Source: an uncultured Muribaculaceae bacterium
Lineage (GTDB): Bacteria; Bacteroidota; Bacteroidia; Bacteroidales; UBA932
Direction of reading: 5' to 3'
DNA: 64,000 nt
Assembly: GCA_964385795.1 (NCBI GenBank)
Contig: CAYLPY010000002.1
Location: 47,079-111,078, forward strand
Shown: positions 1 to 9,723 of the stretch, in pieces
Layout of the letters: each line of letters starts with the position of its first letter
Numbering within the stretch: position 1 is the stretch's first letter
The notes under the pieces: model-generated
What the model saw: the letters and a program-made list of their open reading frames with translations, nothing else
Told to the model about the DNA's origin: nothing
Database searches by the model: none
Translations under genes and position numbers: made by a program

Positions 1-642
1 AGGCTTGAAGGCGCGAGAGCAGCAGGCATCGACCTGTCGCAGGACCCTGCCGTGCTTCTGACCGACAAGGTCATGTCCGCCCTCGCAGAGCTCTACAAGG
101 GCTACGCCACCGCATACGCCAAGATCGCCGAGCCGTCAAAGACCTACGCGGCAGCGCTCCTCGAATGGACCAAGGACATGCCAAGCTATCCGGATGCCAA
201 CATGACCTGCCGTCTGACCTACGGCACAGTCAGGGGATACGAGCCTAAGGACGGCGTGATATACAAGTACTACACCACTCTCAATGGCGTGATGGAGAAA
301 GAAGACCCTTCCAACTACGAGTTCAGGGTACCTTTACGCCTCAAGGAACTCTACGAGCAGAAGGACTTCGGCCAATATGCCGACGAGAACGGCGATATTG
401 TGACCTGCTTCCTCACCAACCTCGACATCACCGGAGGCAACTCCGGAAGTCCGGTGATGGACGCCGACGGCAACCTCATAGGACTCGCGTTCGACGGCAA
501 CTGGGAGGCGATGAGCGGAGATGTCATCTTTGAGCCTAACCTCCAGAGGTGCATCTGCGTGGACATCAGGTATGTCCTCTTCATGATGGACAAGTTCGGA
601 AGGGCCGGATGGCTTCTCGACGAGATGAACATAGTCAGATAG
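1..642 (+). CDS. S46 family dipeptidyl peptidase (DPP7-like), C-terminal part, 5' end outside window
   Basis: Frame open from base 1. Has [10 protein letters not shown] catalytic Ser motif and [14 protein letters not shown]; Gly in AMSGD is typical of DPP7 rather than DPP11. Confidence 0.92.
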   Translation, partial: RLEGARAAGIDLSQDPAVLLTDKVMSALAELYKGYATAYAKIAEPSKTYAAALLEWTKDMPSYPDANMTCRLTYGTVRGYEPKDGVIYKYYTTLNGVMEKEDPSNYEFRVPLRLKELYEQKDFGQYADENGDIVTCFLTNLDITGGNSGSPVMDADGNLIGLAFDGNWEAMSGDVIFEPNLQRCICVDIRYVLFMMDKFGRAGWLLDEMNIVR

Positions 643-645
643 GAT

Positions 646-1716
646 ATGACAAAAGAAGATATACTCTCCGTCCTCAGGGAAGTGAGACATCCGGCGATGA
701 AGGACACTGACATCGTCACTCTGGGGATGGTTCACGACGTAGAAATCTCTCCGGACAAGGTCATGGTGACGCTTGCCTTCCCAAAGAAGCGCGACCCGCT
801 GGCGGAGTACCTCATCGGGAGTTCCCGCGCAGCGCTCATACGGTTTCTTCCGAAGGGATTCGATTCTGAAGTCAAGACAGTGGTCGTGGACGAGGCAAAG
901 GCAAAGTCCCAAAAGACCAACGTCAATGACCTGACTCTCGACAACCTCAACAACGTCAGACATATAATAGGCATCGCATCCGGAAAGGGCGGCGTCGGCA
1001 AATCCACAGTGGCGGTCAACCTCGCCTGCGCCCTCGCCAGACTCGGATACAAGGTAGGCCTTGCCGACGCGGACGTATACGGGCCATCGATTCCGACGAT
1101 GACATGCACCGAGGGTGTGACTCCCGATGCCGAAGGGGAAGAAGGACATGAAGTCATCCTCCCCATCGAGAAATACGGCGTGAAATGGATGTCCATCGGA
1201 TATTTTGCCGAGAAAGGCCAAGCTCTTATATGGAGAGGCCCGATGGCCTGCAACGCGCTCAAGCAGATGGTCCTGCAGGTAAAATGGGAGGAACTTGACT
1301 TCCTCATCATAGACATGCCTCCGGGAACCGGAGACATCCACATCAGCCTCGTGCAGGAGATTCCGATGGAGGGGGCGGTCATCGTCACCACTCCTCAGAC
1401 AGTGGCTCTCGCCGACGTAGAGAAGGGCATCAACATGTTCCGCAACCAGAACATCGCAAGGCCTGTCTTCGGGCTCGTGGAGAACATGGCGTGGTTCACC
1501 CCCGAGGAGCATCCTGACGAGAAGTACTTCATCTTCGGAAAGGACGGCGGTGCAGAGATGGCGAAGGAGTTCGGAATCGAGCTCCTCGGCCGGATTCCTC
1601 TCGTGCAGAGCATCCGCGAAAGCGGCGACAGAGGGGAGCCTGCCGCGCTGAGTTCCCGTCCTGATGGTCTGGCTTTCCTTGAACTGGCCGGGAAGTTGGC
1701 TGAAAAACTTGGTTAG
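646..1716 (+). CDS. mrp: Mrp/NBP35 (ApbC) Fe-S cluster carrier ATPase with N-terminal DUF59-like domain
   Basis: GKGGVGKST deviant Walker A, DADVYGPSIP, WRGPM, DMPPGTGD and VENM motifs. Confidence 0.95.
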   Translation: MTKEDILSVLREVRHPAMKDTDIVTLGMVHDVEISPDKVMVTLAFPKKRDPLAEYLIGSSRAALIRFLPKGFDSEVKTVVVDEAKAKSQKTNVNDLTLDNLNNVRHIIGIASGKGGVGKSTVAVNLACALARLGYKVGLADADVYGPSIPTMTCTEGVTPDAEGEEGHEVILPIEKYGVKWMSIGYFAEKGQALIWRGPMACNALKQMVLQVKWEELDFLIIDMPPGTGDIHISLVQEIPMEGAVIVTTPQTVALADVEKGINMFRNQNIARPVFGLVENMAWFTPEEHPDEKYFIFGKDGGAEMAKEFGIELLGRIPLVQSIRESGDRGEPAALSSRPDGLAFLELAGKLAEKLG

Positions 1717-1719
1717 CTG

Positions 1720-2508
1720 ATGGAAGTTCGTGCAAAAAAGGCCCTCGGGCAGCACTTTCTGACAGACCAGAAGATAGCCCGCACCATCGTCGACTCGCTC
1801 GGCGAGTCCGAGGTGCGGGATGTCCTCGAGATAGGTCCGGGGATGGGTGTGCTCTCGAAGTATCTGCTCGACAGAGTAGACATAGACCTAAAACTTGTCG
1901 AGATAGACGGAGAGTCCGTGGACTACCTTCTGTCGCACTATCCGGACATCGAAGGCAAACTGATGATGGCGGACTATCTGAAGATGAACATGAAAGACGT
2001 GTTCGCAGGAAAGTACCGCGTCATCGGCAACTTTCCCTACAACATCTCCTCTCAGATTTTCTTCAAGATTCTGGAAGACAAAGACTTGGTCCCTGAGGTA
2101 GTGTGCATGATACAGAAAGAGGTCGCCGACAGAATCGCGGAAGCTCCGGGCAGCAAGACATACGGCATACTCTCCGTGCTTCTGCAGGCCTGGTACGACA
2201 TCGATTACATCGTCAGCGTGGGCCCTGGCGCATTCTGCCCTCCTCCGAAAGTGAAGTCGGCGGTCATAAGGCTCAGACGCAACTCCAGAGAAGACCTCGG
2301 CTGCGACGAGAAACTCTTCCGTCAGGTTGTCAAGACGGCGTTCAACCAGCGCCGCAAGACCCTCAGAAACGCATTGAAGACCATCCTTCCGGAGGGCTTC
2401 GATGACAAGGGCGAATTCTTTGACCAAAGAGCCGAGAGGCTTTCGGTCGGGGACTTCATCGCCTTGACAAATTCATTAGTTGAGGCGCAGCAAAACCGGC
2501 CGCAATAA
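1720..2508 (+). CDS. rsmA: 16S rRNA adenine dimethyltransferase RsmA/KsgA
   Basis: KKALGQHFL, EIGPGMG, GNFPYNISS, PPPKV, AFNQRRKTLRN. Confidence 0.97.
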   Translation: MEVRAKKALGQHFLTDQKIARTIVDSLGESEVRDVLEIGPGMGVLSKYLLDRVDIDLKLVEIDGESVDYLLSHYPDIEGKLMMADYLKMNMKDVFAGKYRVIGNFPYNISSQIFFKILEDKDLVPEVVCMIQKEVADRIAEAPGSKTYGILSVLLQAWYDIDYIVSVGPGAFCPPPKVKSAVIRLRRNSREDLGCDEKLFRQVVKTAFNQRRKTLRNALKTILPEGFDDKGEFFDQRAERLSVGDFIALTNSLVEAQQNRPQ

Positions 2509-4897
2509 GCACTGCCATTATCAGAAGTATCGAGGAGACTCTCGAGACCGCCTCGCCTGTCCTGTAGGACGGCGGATCGAAACGCATCACCAGACTGTGC
2601 TCTCCGGCAGGAAGCACCGCCGCACGCAGCACACCTTCTTCCGGAACAATCTCTACAGACTCCGAACCTCCATCAACGGTAAGTTTCCAGCCCACAGGGT
2701 AATAGACCTCGCTGAAGACAGCCTTCCCACCATGCTCCGAGTTGTAGCTGTAGCGAAGTTCATTAGGAGCGTAGGATGTCATGCAGATGCTGTCCTGCGG
2801 ACTTTCCACAAACCAGGCATTGCCTTTGGCGTATCTGTAGCGGAGAGGCGGGAGATCCGGGCCGACGATGATGTAGCGGCAGTTCATCCTGGCGAGTCCG
2901 TCCAGATAAGGCAGGTTTTCCTCAACTTCTTCAAAACTCTTACCTTCTGCGGCGAGAGAGCCGTAGAGCCTGTTGATTTCCGGTGTGAGCGTGCTCTCGA
3001 TGAATTCCTGATACCGCTGAAGCTTGGCCGCGGAGTAGCCGCCGATATTCTTGTGCCAATATGAAGGATGTGAGTCGTTGAAGACGTTGACCGTCAAGTC
3101 CAGCACTCTGTATGACGGGTCGTTGTCCGCGAGGATATAATCATCCACAGGGCGTTTGTCGAACTGACTGCTGAAGTCCTTCGGAGTCACGAAATCTTCG
3201 GAATTGAGATATCTCTTGTCCACGAGGAAAAGGTCTGCGAGAACGAGCGCGCAGACAAGCAGAGCCGCTGTCCTGCGTCGCGCATAACGCATCTGCGGCT
3301 GCGTTGCAAAGGTCTTGGAAGCGCTCTTAGGCGCGGTACAGCCCCAGAGAAGCAACAGATAGGCAGCCCCTATGAAAAGAGCCGAACGCAGAGCATCCAC
3401 GACAAGCAGGTGACGCCTGTCTACGGCGAGAGCGTCCGAGAGGACATCCGCCATCCCGGCATCAGAAGCGCCATGGAAAGAGCCGGCAATCCCCGGGAAA
3501 GCTGCACAGAGAAGACAGAAGCCCCCTGTGACCGCAGCGGCAATCCAGCCTTTGGACCTGAACCGCTCCGCCCCGTCATCCGTGCGGACTATGCGGTCAA
3601 GCACGAGACAGGCAAGGACTGGCAGGCAGAACTGCAGCAGTACGAGGGCCATCGACACGGTCCTGAACTTGTTGTAGAAAGGAGCGCAGTTGTAGAACAG
3701 TTTGGTAAACCACAGGAAATGGCTGCCAAGAGCCAGGAACACTGCCAGCAGCGCCGTAGCCACGACCCACCATTTTTCCTTGCCCTTGTAGCAGTACAAC
3801 CCGAGGATGAAGAGGAATATCGTTATTGCTCCCATGTACATAGGGCCTGCCGTGAACGGCTGCGGACCCCAGTATAGCGGGAGGTTCTTGGCTGTCTGTC
3901 GGAGATTGGTATGTCCTGCACGGCGGAGAAGGTTGACGGTGGCCGATTTGTCCGGATCGACCGCTCCCGAGGAGGAACCTCCGTTGAAGTGCGGTATGAG
4001 CATGTTGGGCAGTTCTTCCCACCCATAGGACCACGCAGTGGCGTAGTCAATGTCAAGTCCCCTGGTTCCTGAACCGTCTGAAGACGAAGCGGAAGAGCCT
4101 CCACGCATGGAATACGGAGTATACTCATAGGTCGGGAGGAGTTTTATCGCGTTGGTCGCGATGCCAGCGATGCCGAAGACGAGAAGCAGCGACGAAGCCA
4201 CGAGGAAACGCACAGACTTCTCCCTGCGTCCTTCTCTCCGACGGAAGACGGACACAGCAAGAACGATGACATAGATTAGAATCATCAGCGCCAGATAGTA
4301 GGTTATCTGGGGATGATTCGCCTTGACCTGAAAACTCAGTGCAAGCCCAAACAGAGCCGCCCCTAATGCTGCGAAAGGCAGATATTTCTTCTTCTTGAGA
4401 GCGCTGTCGTAGGCAAAGACGAGCGCCGCGAGCACCCACGGCAGGAAGGCTATGGCCTGCATCTTGGTGTTGTGCCCGACCTGGATGATCTGCATGTTGT
4501 ATGAGCAGAAAGTCACCGCGACAGCGCCGCCGAGCGCCACGAGCGGGTGCACTCCGAGGGCGAGCATCAACAGCCACGCTCCCAAAAGCGAGATGAAGAG
4601 ATAAGTCGCGGGACGCTTGCCGGTGAGCAGAAGGTCATACAGCGGCTGAGTCCAGTCTCCTTTGGTGGAGGCATGGATGGTCGTTGTCGGCATTCCGCCG
4701 AACATCGAACCTGTCCAGGCCGTCTGGTCATCAGGATGCGCGGCATTCCAGTCCATCATCTCCTTCGACATGCCCTGCCATCCGGAGATGTCGCTCTGGT
4801 TGACGATTTTGCCGCCGATCACCTGCGGCACATAGGCATACGCAAGCGCCAGCATCGAGGCGACAATGCAAAGAATGTATATGAATTTCTTTTTCAT
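2456..4897 (-). CDS. YfhO-family polytopic membrane protein (GT-C-fold glycosyltransferase-like)
   Basis: 813 aa with many TM segments; WTGSMFGGMP, NHPQITYY, YSMRGG, YWGPQPFTAGPMY and FSEVYYPVGW motifs typical of Bacteroidota YfhO. Confidence 0.85.
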   Translation of the reverse strand: MKKKFIYILCIVASMLALAYAYVPQVIGGKIVNQSDISGWQGMSKEMMDWNAAHPDDQTAWTGSMFGGMPTTTIHASTKGDWTQPLYDLLLTGKRPATYLFISLLGAWLLMLALGVHPLVALGGAVAVTFCSYNMQIIQVGHNTKMQAIAFLPWVLAALVFAYDSALKKKKYLPFAALGAALFGLALSFQVKANHPQITYYLALMILIYVIVLAVSVFRRREGRREKSVRFLVASSLLLVFGIAGIATNAIKLLPTYEYTPYSMRGGSSASSSDGSGTRGLDIDYATAWSYGWEELPNMLIPHFNGGSSSGAVDPDKSATVNLLRRAGHTNLRQTAKNLPLYWGPQPFTAGPMYMGAITIFLFILGLYCYKGKEKWWVVATALLAVFLALGSHFLWFTKLFYNCAPFYNKFRTVSMALVLLQFCLPVLACLVLDRIVRTDDGAERFRSKGWIAAAVTGGFCLLCAAFPGIAGSFHGASDAGMADVLSDALAVDRRHLLVVDALRSALFIGAAYLLLLWGCTAPKSASKTFATQPQMRYARRRTAALLVCALVLADLFLVDKRYLNSEDFVTPKDFSSQFDKRPVDDYILADNDPSYRVLDLTVNVFNDSHPSYWHKNIGGYSAAKLQRYQEFIESTLTPEINRLYGSLAAEGKSFEEVEENLPYLDGLARMNCRYIIVGPDLPPLRYRYAKGNAWFVESPQDSICMTSYAPNELRYSYNSEHGGKAVFSEVYYPVGWKLTVDGGSESVEIVPEEGVLRAAVLPAGEHSLVMRFDPPSYRTGEAVSRVSSILLIMAVLIAAGFAAPQLMNLSRR

Positions 4898-6163
4898 CTA
4901 TGTGAGTTTATCCAGTTCTTCAACGAGCCTTCGGGTGAGGAGGCAACGCGAAAATTTCTCCACACCTTCCGGCGCTGCCGATGCCCCGATGAGGTAGTCC
5001 ACAAGTCCGTCTCCGCTGTCCCAGCCGAACATCCGCCCGGCACCGGCTTGCTGGAGAATCTCGTCCGCCGCCCCGCCTTCGTCGCCGATTCCCAGAACAG
5101 GACGGCCTGCGGCCAGATATTCGAAAATTTTCCCTGGCAAGACCTTCGCGTACTCCGGCTCCCTGCGCAGTGGAAGCAGCAGGACATCCGCCGTACGCTG
5201 TTCAGCAACGCATTCCTTATGAGGAAGATACCCGAGATTGACGAGATTTCCACCAAGTCCTCTGGACTCTATCGCGGAGACGACCTGCGAGTCTGTCTTT
5301 CCTGCAAGCCTTATCTCCAGACAGCTGCGGAAAGCGGTGTCAGCAGCGCATCTTGCGGCAAGAGCATCCCAGAGATTGAGCGGGTTTCCATCGGCGGCAA
5401 AAAGCCCCGTGTGGACTATCCGGAACTTGCCGTCATGCCTTGGAGCAACATTGCCGGCAGCATAGTCATCCTCGTCGAAACCGTTGGTTATCAGACACAC
5501 TGGAGTGGTCGTCGCGGCAGCGAAATCTCTCCCTACCTGAGGCGATACGGATATCACGAGATCTGCTGAGTCGAGCACCGTCTGCTCAAGGCGGCGATGC
5601 TTCCTGTCCGCGCAGCGGGAAAGTTCAAGATGCTTGTAATAGAACATTCTGGTCCAGGGATCCCGGAAATCCGCAATCCATTTGACTCCCGTCCGGCGTT
5701 TCAATCCGAGCCCGATGAGGTGCATGGACTGAGGTGGACCGGTGGTGACTACTGCATCCACGGGGTGTTCTCGAAGATATTTTTCCAGAAACTTCACCGA
5801 TGGCTTCACCCATGAGACTCTGGGGTCCGGAATAAAGAGATTGCCCCGCGCCCATAACGAAAGCCGCTTCGCAAGACTCTTCTTTTGTGAGTTCAAAGGG
5901 TTGACTTCTCCGCCTCCGGAGTGACGGAAAAGTTTGCGGTAGAGAGCGTAAGGCTCGACTATTCGGGTCTTCAGCACCTCGGCGCATGGCGGTATGTCGC
6001 CTGCAAGGCTTTCGTCGACCGCTAACTGCTCGGGGTTCTCGGGAGTGTATACGACGGGTTGCCAGCCGTATTGCGGCAGGTACTTGCTGAACTTGACCCA
6101 GCGCTGTACGCCTGACCCCCCTGTGGGAGGCCAGTAGTAAGTGATTATCAGAAGCCTCTTCAT
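4898..6163 (-). CDS. GT4-family glycosyltransferase
   Basis: LIITYYWPPTGGSGVQRWVKF N-terminus, TTGPPQSMH, IADFRDPW, PGKIFEYLA. Confidence 0.9.
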   Translation of the reverse strand: MKRLLIITYYWPPTGGSGVQRWVKFSKYLPQYGWQPVVYTPENPEQLAVDESLAGDIPPCAEVLKTRIVEPYALYRKLFRHSGGGEVNPLNSQKKSLAKRLSLWARGNLFIPDPRVSWVKPSVKFLEKYLREHPVDAVVTTGPPQSMHLIGLGLKRRTGVKWIADFRDPWTRMFYYKHLELSRCADRKHRRLEQTVLDSADLVISVSPQVGRDFAAATTTPVCLITNGFDEDDYAAGNVAPRHDGKFRIVHTGLFAADGNPLNLWDALAARCAADTAFRSCLEIRLAGKTDSQVVSAIESRGLGGNLVNLGYLPHKECVAEQRTADVLLLPLRREPEYAKVLPGKIFEYLAAGRPVLGIGDEGGAADEILQQAGAGRMFGWDSGDGLVDYLIGASAAPEGVEKFSRCLLTRRLVEELDKLT

Positions 6164-6177
6164 TCGTCAACAACTTC

Positions 6178-6185
6178 CAAAAGTA
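6178..6185 (-). promoter_or_regulatory. Bacteroidota -7 promoter box (GT4-yfhO operon)
   Basis: TACTTTTG on the minus strand, 15 bp before the start. Confidence 0.6.
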
Positions 6186-6197
6186 GACAAAAAAGAG

Positions 6198-6205
6198 TAC
6201 ATTTG
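6198..6205 (+). promoter_or_regulatory. -7 promoter box (GH106-GH28/mutS)
   Basis: TACATTTG fits TAnnTTTG. Confidence 0.65.
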
Positions 6206-6226
6206 CGAGAACCAAATACCACATTC

Positions 6227-9200
6227 ATGAAAAAAACGCTGCTTGCAACCATTCTCGCCCTCGCGGTTCCGCAACTCGCGTCCGCGCAGCTCATAAAGAG
6301 TTGGGAGAGTATCCAGGACAAGAGCATCGAGGAGCTCCGCGAAGGGTACGGTCTTCCGCCTGCCGAGTACGCTAGCCACATTCTTTGGGGCTGGGAAGGG
6401 AACATCGACAAGAAGGTGATCCGCGAGGACCTTGATCTCATGCAGAGCGTGGGCACAAGGGTGGTGAACATAGAACCTGGCTACGGCTTCCAGTATGAAT
6501 ATCTCTCTGACGGGTGGTTCAAGACAGTAAAGACAGCCGTCAAGGAAGCCAAGGCTCGCGGGATGAAGGTATGGCTCATCGACGACGCGAAATATCCGAG
6601 CGGATTTGCCGGAGGCAAGTTCTCGCGGGAAAGGCCCGACCTGAAGATGTGGGCGCTCGTAGAACTTGACGAGAAGTTAACTGTCGGCAAGGGGGAGGAA
6701 GTCGTGGACTGCAACGTCCCTAAGGGTGCGGTGTCCGCAGTCGCCTTTTCTGAAGGGCAGCCGAACAGGCAAGTCGCGATAAAAGACGGCAAGATAAGCT
6801 TCAACGCCGGTGTCCACGATTGGACTATCATCTTCGCTGGCTACGCCCACAAGAGCGGCGACACCCGCGCGGTCAACAATCCGACCCACGGCAAAGACAC
6901 ATCAAACTTTCTCCACGACCACCTCAGCACAGAGGCCGTCGACCAGTTCATAGCGTGGACGCACGAGGCCGCCAAGAAGGCTCTCGGAGCCGAGATGGGC
7001 TCGACGGTCATGGGGTTCCGCGGAGACGAGCCTGAATACATGTACACTCCATGGACTCCGAATATCACGGAAGTCTTTATCGAGAAGAAGGGCTACGACC
7101 CGACTCCATACTACGCTTCGTTCTTCGCGCCGACCAGGAGCGAATTTGAAAAGAGGGTGAAGGCAGACTACTGGGACGTCTGGTCGGAGATGTTCGCGGA
7201 CATATTCTTCAAGCGTCAGGCAGAGTGGCATGAGCGCAACGGGATGGCACACATCACCCACCTCAACAACGAGCACATAATGCCGGTGAACATAGAGGCG
7301 GACGGAAACTTCTTCCGCGTCCTCAACAGGGTGCAGATTCCGGGTGTCGACGTCATCAACTCCCATGTGGCACCGGGCGTGGACAACGATTTCCCAAAGC
7401 TCGCGTCGTCCGTGGCACATGTCTACGGCAAGCCGCGCGCTTTCAGCGAGACGATGGGAGCCGTGAGGGGTGACCTTCTCAAGAGCAAGCAGGTGCTCAA
7501 CTACCAGTTCGCAAGGGGCATCAACTATTTCGAATACAATTTCTGGAGCTCAAAGTCACAGACTGCGGAGAGTCTCGCGAAGACTCCTCAGATGAAACCG
7601 CTCTCTGACTACATAAACCGCACCTCATACCTTATGAGTATGGGGGTCCCGGGCGCGAGAGTTGCCATGTACTACCCGACCCTCACGATGTGGCTCGGCA
7701 ACAACGAGCCTTACTGGGAGCTGTCCGAACTCTCGCAGTTGCTCCTGCGGCATCAGGTGGACTTCGACTACGTGGACGATGACGCCTTCTTCGAGGCTCT
7801 CACCGTCGGCCCTGGCTATTTCGAGAACAGGAGCGGCCAGAAGTACTACACCCTCATCATCCCGTCCTCCGAAGTCATCTCGAAGAAAGCATGGACTGTC
7901 ATCGAGGATTTCGTAAAGCTCGGCGGCAAACTGCTCTTCTGGGGCTCGAAGCCGAACTATCTCTACGACAAGACTTTCACGAAACTCGAGAGTTTCCCTG
8001 ACTGTCTCGCCGCGACGCACGAGCCTCTGCGCAGATGGACCTCACAGGTGGAGAGCGTCCTGCCGGAGAGCGAGATGTGCATCCTTGCAGAAAGGCCGGA
8101 GGGAATCTACATCAGCAGTCCTACGGCCCCGTACAGACTGGAACCGTCGCCACAGAGGGTCGCACAGAGCGCAGTGCGGCAGTCCCAGCGCAGGCAGGCC
8201 GACAGTCAGGCGTGGGTGACGATTGAGTCATTCAAGAGGCAGATGGGAATGACCGAGGTCATCATCCCGACCGACAATATCCGCTACACCAGAAGAGTCC
8301 TCCGCGATGCCGATGTCTTCTTCATATTCAACGAGGGGACGCGCGAGCTGAACTTCAAGGCAAGTTTCGATGCGGTAGGAAAGGTGTCCGTATGGGACGG
8401 CTTCACGGGCGAAGTCAAGCCTATGCCGGCACAGATCGTGGACGACAGGACTGAGGTCGAGCTCAGCATAGAAGGCTATGGAAGTTGCATAATCAGCATC
8501 CAGAAAGACAGCAAGGTATTTAATGTCAGGGATTTCGGAGCGGTCGGCGACGGCAGCACGAAGGACACCAGGGCCATCCAGGCAGCATCCGATGCGGCTT
8601 ATGCAAACGGCGGCGGAGTTGTCACCATACCGGCGGGCAGGTATCTCACCGGAGCGCTTTTCTTCCGCAACGGAGTGGACCTCAATATCGAGGAGGGGGC
8701 GACGTTAGTCTCCACGGTTGAAACGGAGGATTTCCCGCAGATTTCAACCCGTTTCGAGGGAATCGAGCGCAAGTGGAGATGTGCCCTGCTCAACTTCGAC
8801 AATTCCAGAGGAGTGCGCGTCTTCGGCAAGGGAGCCATCGAGGGACGTGGTCAGGAATGGAGCAAACACAAGAACAGCGACGGCCACTGGGGACGTCCGA
8901 GAATGCTCTGCTTCACCAACTGCCCCGGCGGAAGCATCCGAGATCTGACCATGCGCAACCATGCTTCATGGTGTCTGCATGTGCTTTATACAGACGGATT
9001 CAAGATTGATGGAGTCAACATCAGCGTGGACTCCTACGTACCGAGTTCGGACGGAGTGGACATCGACTCCTCCAGCAACATCGAGATGACCAACGTCTAC
9101 ACCAACGTCACCGACGACTGCCTCTCCATCAAGAGCGGCAAGAACGAAGACGGACGCAGGGTCGCGAGGCCGAGCATGAACATCGTAGTCATGGACTGCA

Positions 9201-9715
9201 ACTTCGACGGAGGGCACGGCGTGGCGATGGGTAGCGAAATCTCAGGCTGCATACGCAACGTGCTCATAGAGAACTGCATCTGCGGCGAGAAGAACCAGGC
9301 TCCGGTGAGGTTCAAGTCTCAGCCGTCGAGGGGCGGCATCGTGGAAGACATCACATTCAAGGATTTCAAGCTCGAGAACTGCGGGACATTCATCTCCGCG
9401 AACATGATATGGAGAATGGTGGAAGACTACGCCCCGTATTCTCCACGCACCGTCCTCCGCGACATTAAGGTCATCAACGTCTGTGGAAAGGCTCGGACTG
9501 CAGGAGAGATTATCGGAGACCCTGCCGCACCAATACCGGAGGGAACTTTCAAGTTCGAGAACTGCAAGCTTGAGGTGGAAAGGGGACTGAATCTCGCGAA
9601 TGTGGACCAGCAGAACTTCGAGGGAATCGACATCTGCACCCCCGAAGGAGTCGAGAAGATAAAGAGAATCGAAGTCGTCGGAGGCAAAGGCTCCGGCACG
9701 GCAAAGAGGAGATAA
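6227..9715 (+). CDS. Secreted bimodular glycoside hydrolase: GH106-like (alpha-L-rhamnosidase family) N-terminal part plus GH28 C-terminal part
   Basis: Signal peptide MKKTLLATILALAVPQLASA from ATG 6227, downstream of a -7 box. GH106-like YLSDGW...EAKARGMKVWLIDDAKYPSGFAGG. GH28 FNVRDFGAVGDG, SSDGVD, TDDCLSIKSG, GGHGVAMGSE, RFKS. Confidence 0.8.
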   Translation: MKKTLLATILALAVPQLASAQLIKSWESIQDKSIEELREGYGLPPAEYASHILWGWEGNIDKKVIREDLDLMQSVGTRVVNIEPGYGFQYEYLSDGWFKTVKTAVKEAKARGMKVWLIDDAKYPSGFAGGKFSRERPDLKMWALVELDEKLTVGKGEEVVDCNVPKGAVSAVAFSEGQPNRQVAIKDGKISFNAGVHDWTIIFAGYAHKSGDTRAVNNPTHGKDTSNFLHDHLSTEAVDQFIAWTHEAAKKALGAEMGSTVMGFRGDEPEYMYTPWTPNITEVFIEKKGYDPTPYYASFFAPTRSEFEKRVKADYWDVWSEMFADIFFKRQAEWHERNGMAHITHLNNEHIMPVNIEADGNFFRVLNRVQIPGVDVINSHVAPGVDNDFPKLASSVAHVYGKPRAFSETMGAVRGDLLKSKQVLNYQFARGINYFEYNFWSSKSQTAESLAKTPQMKPLSDYINRTSYLMSMGVPGARVAMYYPTLTMWLGNNEPYWELSELSQLLLRHQVDFDYVDDDAFFEALTVGPGYFENRSGQKYYTLIIPSSEVISKKAWTVIEDFVKLGGKLLFWGSKPNYLYDKTFTKLESFPDCLAATHEPLRRWTSQVESVLPESEMCILAERPEGIYISSPTAPYRLEPSPQRVAQSAVRQSQRRQADSQAWVTIESFKRQMGMTEVIIPTDNIRYTRRVLRDADVFFIFNEGTRELNFKASFDAVGKVSVWDGFTGEVKPMPAQIVDDRTEVELSIEGYGSCIISIQKDSKVFNVRDFGAVGDGSTKDTRAIQAASDAAYANGGGVVTIPAGRYLTGALFFRNGVDLNIEEGATLVSTVETEDFPQISTRFEGIERKWRCALLNFDNSRGVRVFGKGAIEGRGQEWSKHKNSDGHWGRPRMLCFTNCPGGSIRDLTMRNHASWCLHVLYTDGFKIDGVNISVDSYVPSSDGVDIDSSSNIEMTNVYTNVTDDCLSIKSGKNEDGRRVARPSMNIVVMDCNFDGGHGVAMGSEISGCIRNVLIENCICGEKNQAPVRFKSQPSRGGIVEDITFKDFKLENCGTFISANMIWRMVEDYAPYSPRTVLRDIKVINVCGKARTAGEIIGDPAAPIPEGTFKFENCKLEVERGLNLANVDQQNFEGIDICTPEGVEKIKRIEVVGGKGSGTAKRR

Positions 9716-9723
9716 ACTGACAA

